Origin: an uncultured Candidatus Saccharibacteria bacterium
Lineage (GTDB): Bacteria; Patescibacteriota; Minisyncoccia; Minisyncoccales; GWA2-38-27
Assembly (NCBI GenBank): GCA_964394985.1
Contig: CAYMZK010000001.1
Location: 63,957 to 127,956 of the forward strand
DNA length: 64,000 nucleotides
Direction of reading: 5' to 3'
Both the position numbers and the translations under genes were made by a program. Position 1 is the first letter of the stretch. Each line of letters opens with the position of its first letter. The notes beneath the pieces were generated by a model. The model was not told the DNA's origin. It saw nothing but the letters and a program-made list of their open reading frames with translations, and searched no databases. Of the stretch, positions 39,451 to 50,859 are shown one piece after another.

Positions 39451-39772
39451 ATTAAAGTCTATATTATTGGATATTGGACATCGGATGTTTGATATTTTTG
39501 TGATTTTTAACTTATTTTTCTTTGTTTATTTTATTTACCATTAATTCGCTTCAACAAAAAATCGCTGAAAAGGCGATTTTTTGACGAGAACTATTTTTTT
39601 AAAATTAAAAACCACAAAAATTCACAAATTTACGAAAGCTCAATCTTCGTATTTAAGCCCTCGTATATGTTCAAGCTAGTCTACCGAGGCGTAGCCTCGG
39701 CAGACTGGTAATTAGCTTTTAATTGGTACTGTTTAAAAGTGATGCGTCCCCTTTTCCCTACTATATGGTTAA

Positions 39773-40249
39773 TCAATACTGCCATAGATTTATTACCTCA
39801 TCTTGTTTGGCGAAATCAGTATTAAGGAAATGTTTATGAGGCATAATGCCAACTCTCCATAAGTCAAGCCTATCTGCATCCCAGCAGGTTTGTATAGTGA
39901 TATCCTTACTTTTTATATTTGAGTTGTTGTGATATTCGCAAGCAAATAACAACCTATCTAATTGACTCTTTGAGATATGAAACAACTTTTTATTATATAA
40001 TTCTTTAATAAAAACACTTGCTCTTTTGCCATGCCACAGATCATCGCTTTCATTTTCTCTTTTTGAATCATGAAGAAAAGCAAAAAAATTTATAACTTCA
40101 ATGTCCGCCTTTGTTTCTTTAGCTAAATAATTACCAATTTCCCTTACTCTGCGCCAGTGTTTTATTCCGTGGACTGTATTAATATCTAATTTAAATTGGT
40201 TTATTATTAAATTAATAAGATTTAAATGTTTTGATTCAAATTTCTCCAT
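39773..40249 (-). CDS. HD-superfamily phosphohydrolase
   Basis: HGIKHWRRV, LHDS, HG, WDADRLDL. Confidence 0.8.
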   Translation of the reverse strand: MEKFESKHLNLINLIINQFKLDINTVHGIKHWRRVREIGNYLAKETKADIEVINFFAFLHDSKRENESDDLWHGKRASVFIKELYNKKLFHISKSQLDRLLFACEYHNNSNIKSKDITIQTCWDADRLDLWRVGIMPHKHFLNTDFAKQDEVINLWQY

Positions 40250-40502
40250 GGCATTTCTTTTGTCTTTATCTCGTGGTATCCTTTTTTCTCGGTAAAAGCA
40301 ACATAATTTTTAACCAAAGCCGTAACCTTAAAAATATATTTTTTATCCATTTCTCTGGCTTTAATCACACGCATATTATTATTTCAATTATTATTTTAAT
40401 TATTATTTATTGCTTAAATTCTCCATATTTTTATTTTATATTTTTTTTATTAATTCTTGTTGACGCATTTTAAATTTTTCGTATTTTCCGTATTTTTTTT
40501 GT

Positions 40503-41363
40503 TTATTCATAGGGATCAAGTGAATTATAAGGTTTTTGATTTAGTTGTTTCTTTTGCCTTTCTTGAAAATCTAAATCCCAATGTAATTGCTCTCGAAGTA
40601 ATTTAATATCTCTGTTTTCTAAATCTTGTAAAAATGAATCTAATTTGTCAAAACCCACTATATCAATTAAAAAATACTTTGACACATCTATTGGAGTGCC
40701 ATCATTTTTTAATTGCTTATAAGAGTAATCTACCTCTTGCTGAAATGGTTCACTAATAACAACATGTCCATTCTCAACATCGCGCTTATGTATGTTCTGA
40801 AATGAATCAGTAATAATAATAGGAAAATCAATAGTATAATAATCACTACTTTTATCGGCAAAGAAAATAAGCCCATTGAGACATTGATTTATCGCTTTAA
40901 AAAAATCATCACGATTTCCGCTCTTATCAGATATCTTTGCAACTTGAATATTATCTGCATAATGATGTTTCGCCGATGCTTGATTCTGACTAATATAATA
41001 ATCTTGTTTATCTAATAAAATATTATTATCCTTTGCTAATTTCATCGCAGATAACATATTTTTCTCCATAAACCAAAATACTACCGGGTCTTTAATGTGT
41101 TTACATTCAATAAATAATCGAATAACAAGTTCACCTAGCTGATAATCTCCGAAAGCGTCTTTTATCGGCCATTTACGAGAAGCAATAATATCGATTTCTC
41201 TCGGTTTTCCTGTTGCTGGATCGTTATAATAAGGACTGACAGATGTTTCCCACTCATGACTATTCAAATAGTCAATAACTTTAAATTGCAAATCGTTTCC
41301 GCTTTTATTTATTATATCTTGAACCTTATCTTTTTTTGAATTAAATTTTGGCATATCTTTCAT
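40503..41363 (-). CDS. Hypothetical protein with PD-(D/E)XK-like motif
   Basis: SGNDLQ...REIDIIA...LFIECK; downstream of Type III res. Confidence 0.55.
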   Translation of the reverse strand: MKDMPKFNSKKDKVQDIINKSGNDLQFKVIDYLNSHEWETSVSPYYNDPATGKPREIDIIASRKWPIKDAFGDYQLGELVIRLFIECKHIKDPVVFWFMEKNMLSAMKLAKDNNILLDKQDYYISQNQASAKHHYADNIQVAKISDKSGNRDDFFKAINQCLNGLIFFADKSSDYYTIDFPIIITDSFQNIHKRDVENGHVVISEPFQQEVDYSYKQLKNDGTPIDVSKYFLIDIVGFDKLDSFLQDLENRDIKLLREQLHWDLDFQERQKKQLNQKPYNSLDPYE

Positions 41364-41382
41364 ATTAAATTTTATTCATAAT

Positions 41383-44058
41383 CTATGTTTTACTAAAATT
41401 TTTCACCAATTCCTCAAAATTCTTCGGGGCGTATTTTTCATAGTCCTCTTGTTTGATATAAAGAGCGGTGAATTTAACTTTATTTTGTACGGAATTTATA
41501 TCATCGCACCATTGATAAAGGCGTTTTATCTTCTCTACATCGTCTAAGTCTTCTCGCCCTTTTGTTTCCACGATATAAATTTCCTTTTCGGAAACTTTTA
41601 CAAAAAAGTCGGGATAATAATCTTTGATATTTCCGTCCGCGTCTTTGTAATCAATCTTGAAATGCACCGCAAAATAATTTTTGGCGTAGGAAACTATGTC
41701 ATCGCATTCTTCAAGAAAATTGGCAAACTGAAGCTCAAAATAGCTGTCGCCAACAATTTTATTGAACACGCTCTTTTTCGGCACAATAAAACCTTGTTCC
41801 TTAATAACAAATGGCCTTGATTTGCTGATTTTTATGTAGTCTTTTATTTCCGCTTCGCCTTTATCAACAACAGTCAGATCGTTAATTTCTTTTTTGAAAG
41901 TTTCAATAATCGTTTTTGTCGCTTCAAGCTCCGACAAATTCCGCAAGATATTCAAGTCTTCTAAATCAACCTTCTTATCAAAAAGATGATTGGTTACAAA
42001 CTCTTTTACTTTTTCATACAAAATATCATGTCCACCAACTAAGCGAAGCTCTTTTCTGATTATTTGTGCAAAGTAACCAACAACACTTTGATAATTGGGC
42101 ACAAAATCACTATCAAGCTCAGTGGTATGCGTTACTTCACCAGAAGCTATGTCCCGAAAAACAATTTCCTTTTTTTCCTTTTCGCTAAATTCTTTTATTT
42201 TCAGTTTCTTATGATTAAAACTTGCGGTGTTAAGCTCTGAAATATTTTTATATTCGCGATAAATCCTAGGGGTTAAAATCGGGATTTGAATATCTAGGCT
42301 CTCAATATCTTTTTTGGTATTTTCTTTATCCACTTCAACCACCAACGGAGCTTTTGGCTCTGTTCCTTCGCCCATTTTCTTTTTCTCAAGTTCAACGCCC
42401 TCGTTCTTAATAGACTCTACAAAATCCATAAAAGCGTCCGTTCCAACCACGCTTACATATTCCGTAACATCTGAAGTTCTATACATACGCCTCAAACCTC
42501 GTCCCAAAGTCTGTTCCGGCAAGATATTGCTCTTTGACGAATAAGGACGCAAGCCGACAATCGTAGTTACATTTTTTACATCCCAACCCTCTTTAAGCAT
42601 TAAAACCGAAACAATCGCTTTGTGCGGGCTTTCCCAATTATCAATCTCATTTGAGGCTTTTCTAAGCTCTTTTAATTCTTCCTCTTTTTTACCTGTTACT
42701 GTTTCCGAAATCTCACCATTATTTTTTGTGTGAATAGTTAAAACAGCGTCTTTAAATTCTGGATAGGTATTTTGCAGATATTCATTTACGTCATCACAGT
42801 TTTTTGTGTCGTCGGTCATTACGAAAAATACCGCTTTCTTGCCGAGTTTTTTATGTTCATCATAAACTTTTTTCCATTCAAGATAACCGAGATGAATATA
42901 ATCCTTGTATTTTTCCGTGAACTTTGCGCTTTTATGTTCTTGTAATTTGGCACGACTGGCAGAATCTGGAAGCACAGGGTGTTTTACAACGTCCTGATAA
43001 ATTGCCTCAACGAGTGGATAATCAGAAATTGTTTGTACAAAAATTGATCCGTTGTTGTGTTTTGGCGTGGCAGTAACATCAATCTGTAAAGATAAAAAAT
43101 TGTCTTTCATCTTCATTCTGTTGCTAATGTCTTCAATTGACTTAAACCACGCCAAACGCTCATCGTGGATATGATGTGCTTCGTCGTTTAGTACCATAAG
43201 TTCATCAACATCCCTCACAATTTCACCAATATTAACTTTTGAGTCGCTTGTCTTGGCAACGGGCTTATCTCCCAAAAAATAATCCATTGTATTTTCATCG
43301 TCAAAACTTGGAATATTATCTTTGCTGTTATAGACGCGATGAATATTGGTCAAAAAAATGTTTCCGGTTTTGCGAACAGTATTTATGTCGTCCTGCATAT
43401 GAATAGTAATTTGGAAATCATCTTTCCAGTTTTGTCCGCCGAAACCGTTATCAGGCAAGATCGGATCATCATAAAATATTTTAAGCCCTGTAAAGTCGGT
43501 TTTGATACGATCTAACACAATAATATTTGGAGTGATCAATAAAAAGTTTCTTGCCAGTTTTGAATCTTCTTCATACATTTTATGGAAATAACTCCAAGCT
43601 ATGAGCAAGCTCATCACTTTTGTTTTTCCGCTTCCTGTCGCCATTTTAATAACCAACCTAAGCCAGTCTTCCGGAAACATACTTGAAGAAACCGCACCGG
43701 AGCTGTCATAGCGAATAAGATCATACTTATCTTTTACTCCTGCAACTTCATAGAGATAAATGACTGTTTCAATCGCTTCTCTTTGCGCGAAGTAGTATTG
43801 AAAATTAACCATTCCGTCCGGTGTTTCCGTTGGGTGTTCAGTTTGAAACCACCATTGCAATAAAGCACGAGAAGTATCACTTACGCCTTCATAATTATTA
43901 TCACGCCATTTTTTTATTTCTTGCCGTAGCGTATGCACAAGAGGCGGAAGCAGTTTTTCATACCCCTTTTCCCGCAATGCTTCATCAGCCGGAAACCAAC
44001 GGATTTTTGGGTCAAGTATTGCATGCGGTGATTTTGGAAAATTTTTATGTAGTGCCAT
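41383..44058 (-). CDS. res: Type III restriction enzyme Res subunit
   Basis: MATGSGKT, DEAHH, LKEGWD, QTLGRGLR, YYPDF...VETKG. Confidence 0.92.
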   Translation of the reverse strand: MALHKNFPKSPHAILDPKIRWFPADEALREKGYEKLLPPLVHTLRQEIKKWRDNNYEGVSDTSRALLQWWFQTEHPTETPDGMVNFQYYFAQREAIETVIYLYEVAGVKDKYDLIRYDSSGAVSSSMFPEDWLRLVIKMATGSGKTKVMSLLIAWSYFHKMYEEDSKLARNFLLITPNIIVLDRIKTDFTGLKIFYDDPILPDNGFGGQNWKDDFQITIHMQDDINTVRKTGNIFLTNIHRVYNSKDNIPSFDDENTMDYFLGDKPVAKTSDSKVNIGEIVRDVDELMVLNDEAHHIHDERLAWFKSIEDISNRMKMKDNFLSLQIDVTATPKHNNGSIFVQTISDYPLVEAIYQDVVKHPVLPDSASRAKLQEHKSAKFTEKYKDYIHLGYLEWKKVYDEHKKLGKKAVFFVMTDDTKNCDDVNEYLQNTYPEFKDAVLTIHTKNNGEISETVTGKKEEELKELRKASNEIDNWESPHKAIVSVLMLKEGWDVKNVTTIVGLRPYSSKSNILPEQTLGRGLRRMYRTSDVTEYVSVVGTDAFMDFVESIKNEGVELEKKKMGEGTEPKAPLVVEVDKENTKKDIESLDIQIPILTPRIYREYKNISELNTASFNHKKLKIKEFSEKEKKEIVFRDIASGEVTHTTELDSDFVPNYQSVVGYFAQIIRKELRLVGGHDILYEKVKEFVTNHLFDKKVDLEDLNILRNLSELEATKTIIETFKKEINDLTVVDKGEAEIKDYIKISKSRPFVIKEQGFIVPKKSVFNKIVGDSYFELQFANFLEECDDIVSYAKNYFAVHFKIDYKDADGNIKDYYPDFFVKVSEKEIYIVETKGREDLDDVEKIKRLYQWCDDINSVQNKVKFTALYIKQEDYEKYAPKNFEELVKNFSKT

Positions 44059-44059
44059 A

Positions 44060-44382
44060 TTATTTATTGTTAAGCAATTCTAATATCTGATCTTGTTGCT
44101 TGATAATTAATTCCTGATTCTGCTTGTTTTGATCAAGTAGCTCCTGGTTTGTTTTTTGTATCATCTCAATCGATTTAGTTTTTTGAGAATATTCTTTATA
44201 TATCGCAGAATTTATATGAAAAGAATCAATGATTAAAGTAGCTACCATTACTACTAAAATTACAATAACACTAAGTAAAATAAAATTTACATCTTTAAAT
44301 CTAGAGTCTGTCTCTTTTTTAGTTCGGGTGCGGTAACGCCTCCGCTCTCAGGTATTTCAATTTGTGGTCTCTCTTTTTCCAT
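44060..44382 (-). pseudogene. Frameshifted small membrane protein
   Basis: ATG 44382 frame stops after 31 codons; adding one A in the A6 run (44315..44320) joins it to the 44060..44248 ORF and restores a TM helix. Confidence 0.55.
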
Positions 44383-44383
44383 A

Positions 44384-44596
44384 TCAATATATTCCAGTTA
44401 TGACATAGATATCATTTTCCACTCTTACCTCTAAATCTCTACCAATTAACACGGATGAATTTATGCCACCAAAGGAAACATTATTAAATCTAGCGCCGGG
44501 CCCAAATTGAACACCGCCAATTCTTATGGTTTTTTCTTTAGACGAAATACTACCATCCGAATGTACATTAAAGATTTGATGAAAATTTATACGCAT
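44384..44596 (-). CDS. Small hypothetical protein
   Basis: ATG tightly packed between mod and the next gene. Confidence 0.55.
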   Translation of the reverse strand: MRINFHQIFNVHSDGSISSKEKTIRIGGVQFGPGARFNNVSFGGINSSVLIGRDLEVRVENDIYVITGIY

Positions 44597-44599
44597 ATT

Positions 44600-46750
44600 T
44601 TAAATATTAACTTCAATTACTTTCATTGTATCATTTCCAAAAATGTCCACGACTTTAACGGCAATTTTACGCCGTCCTTTCTCGCATTCGCGGGAAACGC
44701 TTTTCAGTTCAATGGAGCGGTCTTTTTTCGTTCGGAAAGACTGCCACTCATTCTCAAAAATATAATTTCCCGTCCACGCTTCCTCAATTTCTCCGTTTTC
44801 TTTTTTTACGCGGACAAGCTCTTTTTTACTTTCAAAATCAAAATCAACCGCCCAATAGTCAATCCAATCCGTCCATTTTTTAGTCAAAACCTCTCGCTTT
44901 ACAATTCCGTCTTTGTCTTTGGAAATTTTAATGATATTGCCTTGTTCAACTAAAACTTTATCAGAGCCTTTTTTGAGACTGGCAATAACATTGTCAACAA
45001 TATCCTGATTATAATAAACGGAAAAATCAGTCAGCTCTATTGCCACTGTTCCGGGTGTTCGCTTTCCGGCAGATTTGATATGCGGTTTAACTTCTATATA
45101 GCTCACATCATGAAATTGAATTTGATTTTTCTCAATCGCTCGCTTATCAAAAACTTCTCGTGGAATATGCTTAAGGGCTAAATCAATTCCTTTTGCTTTG
45201 GCTTCTTCCTGGATTTTCGGAAACAACCCCATTTCATATTCAAAAGAAAGAATATCAACTTTGGTGATCTGTTTTTCAATACACTCTTTGATTACTTCCT
45301 CTACAAAAAGCCGTGAAGCGGGTAAGTTTATTGGTCCAATAGCCACCAATCGCCCCGCTTTTTTAGCGGCAAAAGTTTTGAAATTATTTGTGCTTTCCGC
45401 TTTATACGCTTTGACAATCAGCTTTACAAAATCAGTTTCTTTTTTAGCAAGCTGTTTTTGCTTTTGTTCTTCTCGTAAGTCAGGATTGACACCAATATAA
45501 TGTTGGCGTTCGTATTTACCAAGGTTCAGTATTTCAAAGGCTCGGAAATCTGTTCCCGTTTTCTTCATTTCACGCTGGACGCTGATCATTCTTTTTCGCG
45601 TGGTGTGAATAGAAAATTTACCAAGATCAGAACCAATCCATTTTCTGCCTAGTTTTTCCGCAACAGCAAGTGTCGTTCCTGAACCGCAAAAAAAATCAGC
45701 AACAAGATCGCCCTCATTGGAAGAAGCTTTTATTATGCGTTCAAGGAGTTTTTCTGGCTTTTGGGTTGGATAATTAAGTATTTCTGGAGAATTAACAATC
45801 GTCTGAAAATTTGCTATATCATTCCACACGTCAGAAACGGGCACGCCTTTTGACTCATCCAAATAAACCCTTCTTGTTTTTGTTATGGGTTTATATCGCC
45901 TTCCGTCTTCATCAACTTTTGTAAACCTCTTTAATTGTGCCTCCGAATAGTCTTCAAATGGCTTGTTAAAAATTATATCTTCTGATGATTTAGAGTAGTA
46001 AAGAATATTTTCATGTCCTCTTACATAATTTTGCACCATACCTTTATATCCAGACGCAGCAGACATTGTCCAAACAATATTTCTTCTGAAATTATCTTTT
46101 CCAAAAACCTCATCCAAAACCAATCTCATATATCCACTAACGCGCCAATCACAATGCACATAAATACTGCCGTCATCGGCAAGTAAATCTTTCATCAAAC
46201 TTAGTCGTTCATAAATCATGGCGATAAAACTATCCGCACCCTTGCCCCAAGTGTCGCGATAAGCAAGCTCCTCCAATACATTCGGCTTTTTGGTTAGTTC
46301 ATCTTCGCCAATTTCCACTTTCATTGAAAAATCTGCACCCACATCAAACGGCGGATCAATATAAATAAGTTTTAGACCGCCTTCTTTTTCAATTTCCTCA
46401 CGCAATACACCGCTTTTTAAACTGGATAAAATAAGTTTGTTGTCTCCCCAAATCAGCTTGTTTGTCCAACCAGCAATTTGCCTACCTCTGTCATCAAAAT
46501 CAAAAAGCATTTGCTGGGCTTGTTTTTTGGTATCTTTTGTATTTTCCGCTCTTGGCTCATCAACCATTTCAATTGTTTGAAAGGGTAAGACAACATTAGA
46601 CACTTCAGAACTTTTCTCATTCCATACAAGCTCAACCTCTTTTTTATCCGCAAAAAGCAAAAAACGAAATTTGTCCGGAAGTGGCTTCCCGGATTCAATA
46701 TATTTGATAATATCTCGTTTCTCGTTTTCGGTTAGATTAATTTTATCCAT
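44600..46750 (-). CDS. mod: Type III RM DNA methyltransferase Mod
   Basis: [29 protein letters not shown]. Confidence 0.92.
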   Translation of the reverse strand: MDKINLTENEKRDIIKYIESGKPLPDKFRFLLFADKKEVELVWNEKSSEVSNVVLPFQTIEMVDEPRAENTKDTKKQAQQMLFDFDDRGRQIAGWTNKLIWGDNKLILSSLKSGVLREEIEKEGGLKLIYIDPPFDVGADFSMKVEIGEDELTKKPNVLEELAYRDTWGKGADSFIAMIYERLSLMKDLLADDGSIYVHCDWRVSGYMRLVLDEVFGKDNFRRNIVWTMSAASGYKGMVQNYVRGHENILYYSKSSEDIIFNKPFEDYSEAQLKRFTKVDEDGRRYKPITKTRRVYLDESKGVPVSDVWNDIANFQTIVNSPEILNYPTQKPEKLLERIIKASSNEGDLVADFFCGSGTTLAVAEKLGRKWIGSDLGKFSIHTTRKRMISVQREMKKTGTDFRAFEILNLGKYERQHYIGVNPDLREEQKQKQLAKKETDFVKLIVKAYKAESTNNFKTFAAKKAGRLVAIGPINLPASRLFVEEVIKECIEKQITKVDILSFEYEMGLFPKIQEEAKAKGIDLALKHIPREVFDKRAIEKNQIQFHDVSYIEVKPHIKSAGKRTPGTVAIELTDFSVYYNQDIVDNVIASLKKGSDKVLVEQGNIIKISKDKDGIVKREVLTKKWTDWIDYWAVDFDFESKKELVRVKKENGEIEEAWTGNYIFENEWQSFRTKKDRSIELKSVSRECEKGRRKIAVKVVDIFGNDTMKVIEVNI

Positions 46751-46848
46751 AATTTTATTTTATTAATCGCCAATCAACTATTTTCATTGCTTTTGTTTAG
46801 AATACTTTTTTCTTGGTCTAAAATCAAGGAATTAATAAGATTTAAAAT

Positions 46849-46870
46849 GGCCAACACTCAGTGTTGGCCA
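46849..46870. repeat. REP-like palindrome
   Basis: tggccaacac-tca-gtgttggcca. Confidence 0.55.
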
Positions 46871-46874
46871 CTTA

Positions 46875-47261
46875 TTATTTTAATTCTTTTTTGAGGATTT
46901 CCACTAATTGAGTGGGGGTGTGTTGAGATTTGGTGAGACACTTTTGGTTTCCGAGATCGTAGCCCAACTTTTTAAGTTCGGTATCAGTGTTATTGCTTAA
47001 AACAATAAGTTTAATGTTTTTAGTTTTCTCGTTTTCTTTGATTTGTTTCAATAAATCTGTTCCGTTAATATCCGGGAGAACGATGTCTAATAAAATTAAA
47101 TCTGGAGCTTTGGTTTTTCCAGATTGAATCTCTTGTATCTTATTTAACATAGATTGACCATCGCTTAAAGTTTCTACATTAAACCCCGCGGCCTTAAAAG
47201 CTATTTGATAAATATCAATGATAGCGGAATCATCTTCTACTAATAATATATTTTTAGGCAT
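46875..47261 (-). CDS. Single-domain response regulator
   Basis: ILLVEDD, PDLILLDIVLPDING, VLSN. Confidence 0.9.
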   Translation of the reverse strand: MPKNILLVEDDSAIIDIYQIAFKAAGFNVETLSDGQSMLNKIQEIQSGKTKAPDLILLDIVLPDINGTDLLKQIKENEKTKNIKLIVLSNNTDTELKKLGYDLGNQKCLTKSQHTPTQLVEILKKELK

Positions 47262-47265
47262 ATAT

Positions 47266-49497
47266 TTATGTTATTGGTAATTGAATAAAGAAAGATGAGC
47301 CCTTATCTTGGCCTTGAGATTCAGCCCAGATCTTTCCGTTGTGTGCTTCAATTATTAAGGTGGACATAAACAAACCGATTCCTCTTCCGGTGGCATAAAA
47401 TTTATCTGCTTTCTCTCCCCTTTCAAACAACTTCTTAAAGATAAGTTTGAGATTTTTTTGAGGAATTCCTCTTCCAGTGTCTTTAATTTCTATTTGAATA
47501 TTATTATTTACTACTGAAGGAATAATAGTTACTCCTCCTTTGGTGGTATATTTAACGGCGTTATCAACTATATTGAAAATGGCTGTTTTAAGTTTTTCGG
47601 GGTCGGCGTTAATTTTAGGCAATGCTCTCCCTTTCTCTAATTTAATAGTTAATTTTTTTCTTTCAGCCTCTATACTAACTTCTTCTATAATCTCATCTAA
47701 GAGAGAATCTACTTCTATCTCTGGAACTATAGCCACCACTTTTCTTCCCAGTTGAAGTTGAGATATATCTAAAAATTCATCAATTAATCTAGATAATACT
47801 TTTGTGGCTGATTGAAGTTTTTCTAATCCCTCTTTCATTTTTTTAGATACTTTTCCAAAACTTCCCCCAAGCATTAAATCTAAATATCCAGACATCCCCG
47901 AAACCGGAGTTCTTAAATGATGTTGAGTAGCTAGTATAAACTGATCTTTAGCTTTATCTAACTTTTTTAATTCTTCATGGGCTTTCTTTTCTATTTCATA
48001 TGCTTTTTGAATCTCTTCTTTTTGTTGCTTTATTTCCGCAGTTTGTTCATTTACTTTTTGTTTTAAAGTTTTATTAAAATTCCGAACCTGATTATACAAT
48101 TTAGCATTTTCTATGGCAACAGCAGCTTGACTTGAAAGCATTTCTAATAATTGAAGGTCTTCTTTACTATATGCGTCACCTGAGTTTTTAGAACCTAAAA
48201 CAACTATCCCAATCAATCTAGAAGCAGAGATTAGAGGCAAACACAAAGAAGCTTCTATTTTTTCTAAATTCTTAGCTAGTTTTTCAAAACTCTTTTTCTC
48301 TTCTTGATTTTTAAATTCTTTAGCTAATATATGTAACTCCTCTCTAATTAACGCTTTTTTAGTTTTTTCTAAATATCTCGTTAGAAAACTATCTTGAACC
48401 AAACTAATTCCATTTGACTCATTAAAACCAATAACCTTGGCTATTTTATAGTGAATCTTTTCTTTTTCTTTGCTTATTAATAAAACCCCGGCTCTATTTA
48501 AATTCATTGTTTCTTTAATGGTGTCCACAATAGAATCAACTATTTTGTTTAAATCTATACTAGCACTTAATTCTTTGGCTAATTTATTAATTGCTTCTTG
48601 ATAGTTATACAAATCATAAAAAAGATACCTACTGGTAATTTTTTTAAACCACTTATTTATTAAAATAAATATTGCAACAAAAACAGGAGCAACTGCCAAA
48701 CCCACAACATATGTTTTTACAGTATATGCTCCTCCCAAAAAACTATTGTAGAACCAAAGCAAAAGATAAAAGAATCCATATACTAAACCAGCCATTATTA
48801 CATAAAAAACAAATTTTCTTATTATAATCCTGATATCCATTAATCTATATTTTAAGATTGCGTAAGATATCATTAATACTGCGATAAATATTGTTCCATT
48901 CCAAACAGGATAAATTGATTCTATTCCATAAACAGGAGGATAAGAAGTAACTCCACCCGAAAAACCAATAAAAAGAGCTAATATTAAATATTTTATTTGA
49001 GTTCTTATTATTCCTTTGCTCCTCTCATAAACTCTATTCAATTCGTATATCGCATAAATAACAGCTAAAACAAAAAATAATATAAGAGCAGTATAAAAAG
49101 GAGTACCTTTTATATAATAAAACTGATTGAATGCAAAATATAAATCATGTATTAAATAGTTTGTGAATAAGTCTAAATAAATAAAAAACGCCCCTATTAA
49201 ATAAGAAGCGAATAAAAGGATTTTTCTTTTTAATCCCAAAAATGCTATAACGAAATGAATTAAAAATACTGGAATCAAAATAACTCCAACTTCTGCAATC
49301 CGCCACCAAAAAAGAGATTTTTCGAGAGTTACACTTGTGGAGACCTTAAACATACCAATTCCCCAAATCACGACTGAAGCTAAAAAGGCAGACCAGGCTA
49401 GATGAACTTTTTTTCTACCTTTTAATAAGCAAAAAATTCCCAATATAGCAGATGGGATGGCCACAAAAAATAATCCCGTAATACCAAATCCATTCAT
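47266..49497 (-). CDS. 7TM-GAF sensor histidine kinase
   Basis: Multi-TM N-terminus, GAF domain, HHLRTP H-box, NAVKY, DTGRG, GRGIGL. Confidence 0.9.
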   Translation of the reverse strand: MNGFGITGLFFVAIPSAILGIFCLLKGRKKVHLAWSAFLASVVIWGIGMFKVSTSVTLEKSLFWWRIAEVGVILIPVFLIHFVIAFLGLKRKILLFASYLIGAFFIYLDLFTNYLIHDLYFAFNQFYYIKGTPFYTALILFFVLAVIYAIYELNRVYERSKGIIRTQIKYLILALFIGFSGGVTSYPPVYGIESIYPVWNGTIFIAVLMISYAILKYRLMDIRIIIRKFVFYVIMAGLVYGFFYLLLWFYNSFLGGAYTVKTYVVGLAVAPVFVAIFILINKWFKKITSRYLFYDLYNYQEAINKLAKELSASIDLNKIVDSIVDTIKETMNLNRAGVLLISKEKEKIHYKIAKVIGFNESNGISLVQDSFLTRYLEKTKKALIREELHILAKEFKNQEEKKSFEKLAKNLEKIEASLCLPLISASRLIGIVVLGSKNSGDAYSKEDLQLLEMLSSQAAVAIENAKLYNQVRNFNKTLKQKVNEQTAEIKQQKEEIQKAYEIEKKAHEELKKLDKAKDQFILATQHHLRTPVSGMSGYLDLMLGGSFGKVSKKMKEGLEKLQSATKVLSRLIDEFLDISQLQLGRKVVAIVPEIEVDSLLDEIIEEVSIEAERKKLTIKLEKGRALPKINADPEKLKTAIFNIVDNAVKYTTKGGVTIIPSVVNNNIQIEIKDTGRGIPQKNLKLIFKKLFERGEKADKFYATGRGIGLFMSTLIIEAHNGKIWAESQGQDKGSSFFIQLPIT

Positions 49498-49583
49498 TAA
49501 TATATTATACTATTAATAAAAATAAAATAAAAGCGATCTGCTGATGTAAAAAAGCCGTTTCTTTTTGCGAAACGGCTTTCGTA

Positions 49584-50741
49584 TTAGGCTTTGTAGTCTA
49601 TAGCCCTAACGTTTTCTTCTTTCTGATTATACTTAGTAAAAACCTTATTCTTAATAGGGACTAATCTCAGTCCATTCGGAACAGTTCTTCCAGGAGCAAT
49701 AATGATTCCTGAACCAAGATATACTCCATGGCCCAAACATGAACCGAGAAAAAGATTTCCCGAATCTTCCCTACAACTATTGCTCTCTACAAGAACATTC
49801 TTTCTATCGAAGCGAAAATCAGTCAAGCTAACATTTGCCCCGATAAAAACATTCTTTCCTGTTAGGGTGGCCGAAACAAATCCCGTCACAGAGAAAGTCT
49901 CAGGATAAAGGGCCGAGAAAAGAATGTGCCCATGCAAAATTTTACAACCAGCTCCTATGACTGATTCTTCAACAACAACTCTGTTGCCAATATGAGCATT
50001 GTCGCCAATCACAGAGGCCCTAATGACTGCACCGGCCTCAATTGTGACATTCCTACCGACAATGCTAGCCTCTACAACAGCTGATTTGTGAATTTTGCAG
50101 TTTTTCCCCACCTTGTTAAGATTTCGGAAAACTTTCCACGGCAGAAGCACCACCTTAGACATTTTCTTAATCCTAGCAAGATTTGCCAAGGTAAATAGCA
50201 CATTCGCCACCCACAAGTTAACCCAGTGATTAATCAGGATAGCAAATATATCAGTCATCGGCACCGCATATCCATTATGATCGCCACACATATGATGCGG
50301 CGCAGGAACCCGGCAATCAAACTGATCGCAATCAATCACTACCACAGCTTCCACTTTTTTGCCACTTTTCGACGGAAAATACCATAATGGCATTTCTATA
50401 GAATCTTCACAGTCTTTTGTTTCCTGCAGAGAAGCTGCCGTTCGTAGCGTAGTTATTCCCTTTTTTAATCGGCACACAACAGGACCTCGCAATAACCTTG
50501 CTTTGACTATAAATTGCGACAGAAATTCTGGAGTAAAACACAAACACTCACTAAAAACAATACACTCTTCCTCAAAATCACCGCTAGGAAAATCCATGAC
50601 TACATTAAAATCAATACCCAATTTAAATAAGGTTTCTTTTTGATAATCATACAATTTCCTGTTTCCAACTAGGCATTCTCTGGGATGTTCTCCAAACGGC
50701 TCGATCTTCTTATCCAAATCAACTAACAGATATGCTTTCAT
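49584..50741 (-). CDS. Left-handed beta-helix (hexapeptide) transferase-like protein
   Basis: VGKNCKIHKSAVVEASIVGRNVTIEAGAVIRASVIG hexapeptide repeats. Confidence 0.7.
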   Translation of the reverse strand: MKAYLLVDLDKKIEPFGEHPRECLVGNRKLYDYQKETLFKLGIDFNVVMDFPSGDFEEECIVFSECLCFTPEFLSQFIVKARLLRGPVVCRLKKGITTLRTAASLQETKDCEDSIEMPLWYFPSKSGKKVEAVVVIDCDQFDCRVPAPHHMCGDHNGYAVPMTDIFAILINHWVNLWVANVLFTLANLARIKKMSKVVLLPWKVFRNLNKVGKNCKIHKSAVVEASIVGRNVTIEAGAVIRASVIGDNAHIGNRVVVEESVIGAGCKILHGHILFSALYPETFSVTGFVSATLTGKNVFIGANVSLTDFRFDRKNVLVESNSCREDSGNLFLGSCLGHGVYLGSGIIIAPGRTVPNGLRLVPIKNKVFTKYNQKEENVRAIDYKA

Positions 50742-50859
50742 TTTTTATCTCCTAAATCAATAGTTATTCAATTGTTTAAGTGCTATCAACACTATACTAA
50801 AATATTAATTTAAAGTCAAATTTTTGGCAAAAACTGATATTTTTTGGTAATATGAATGA

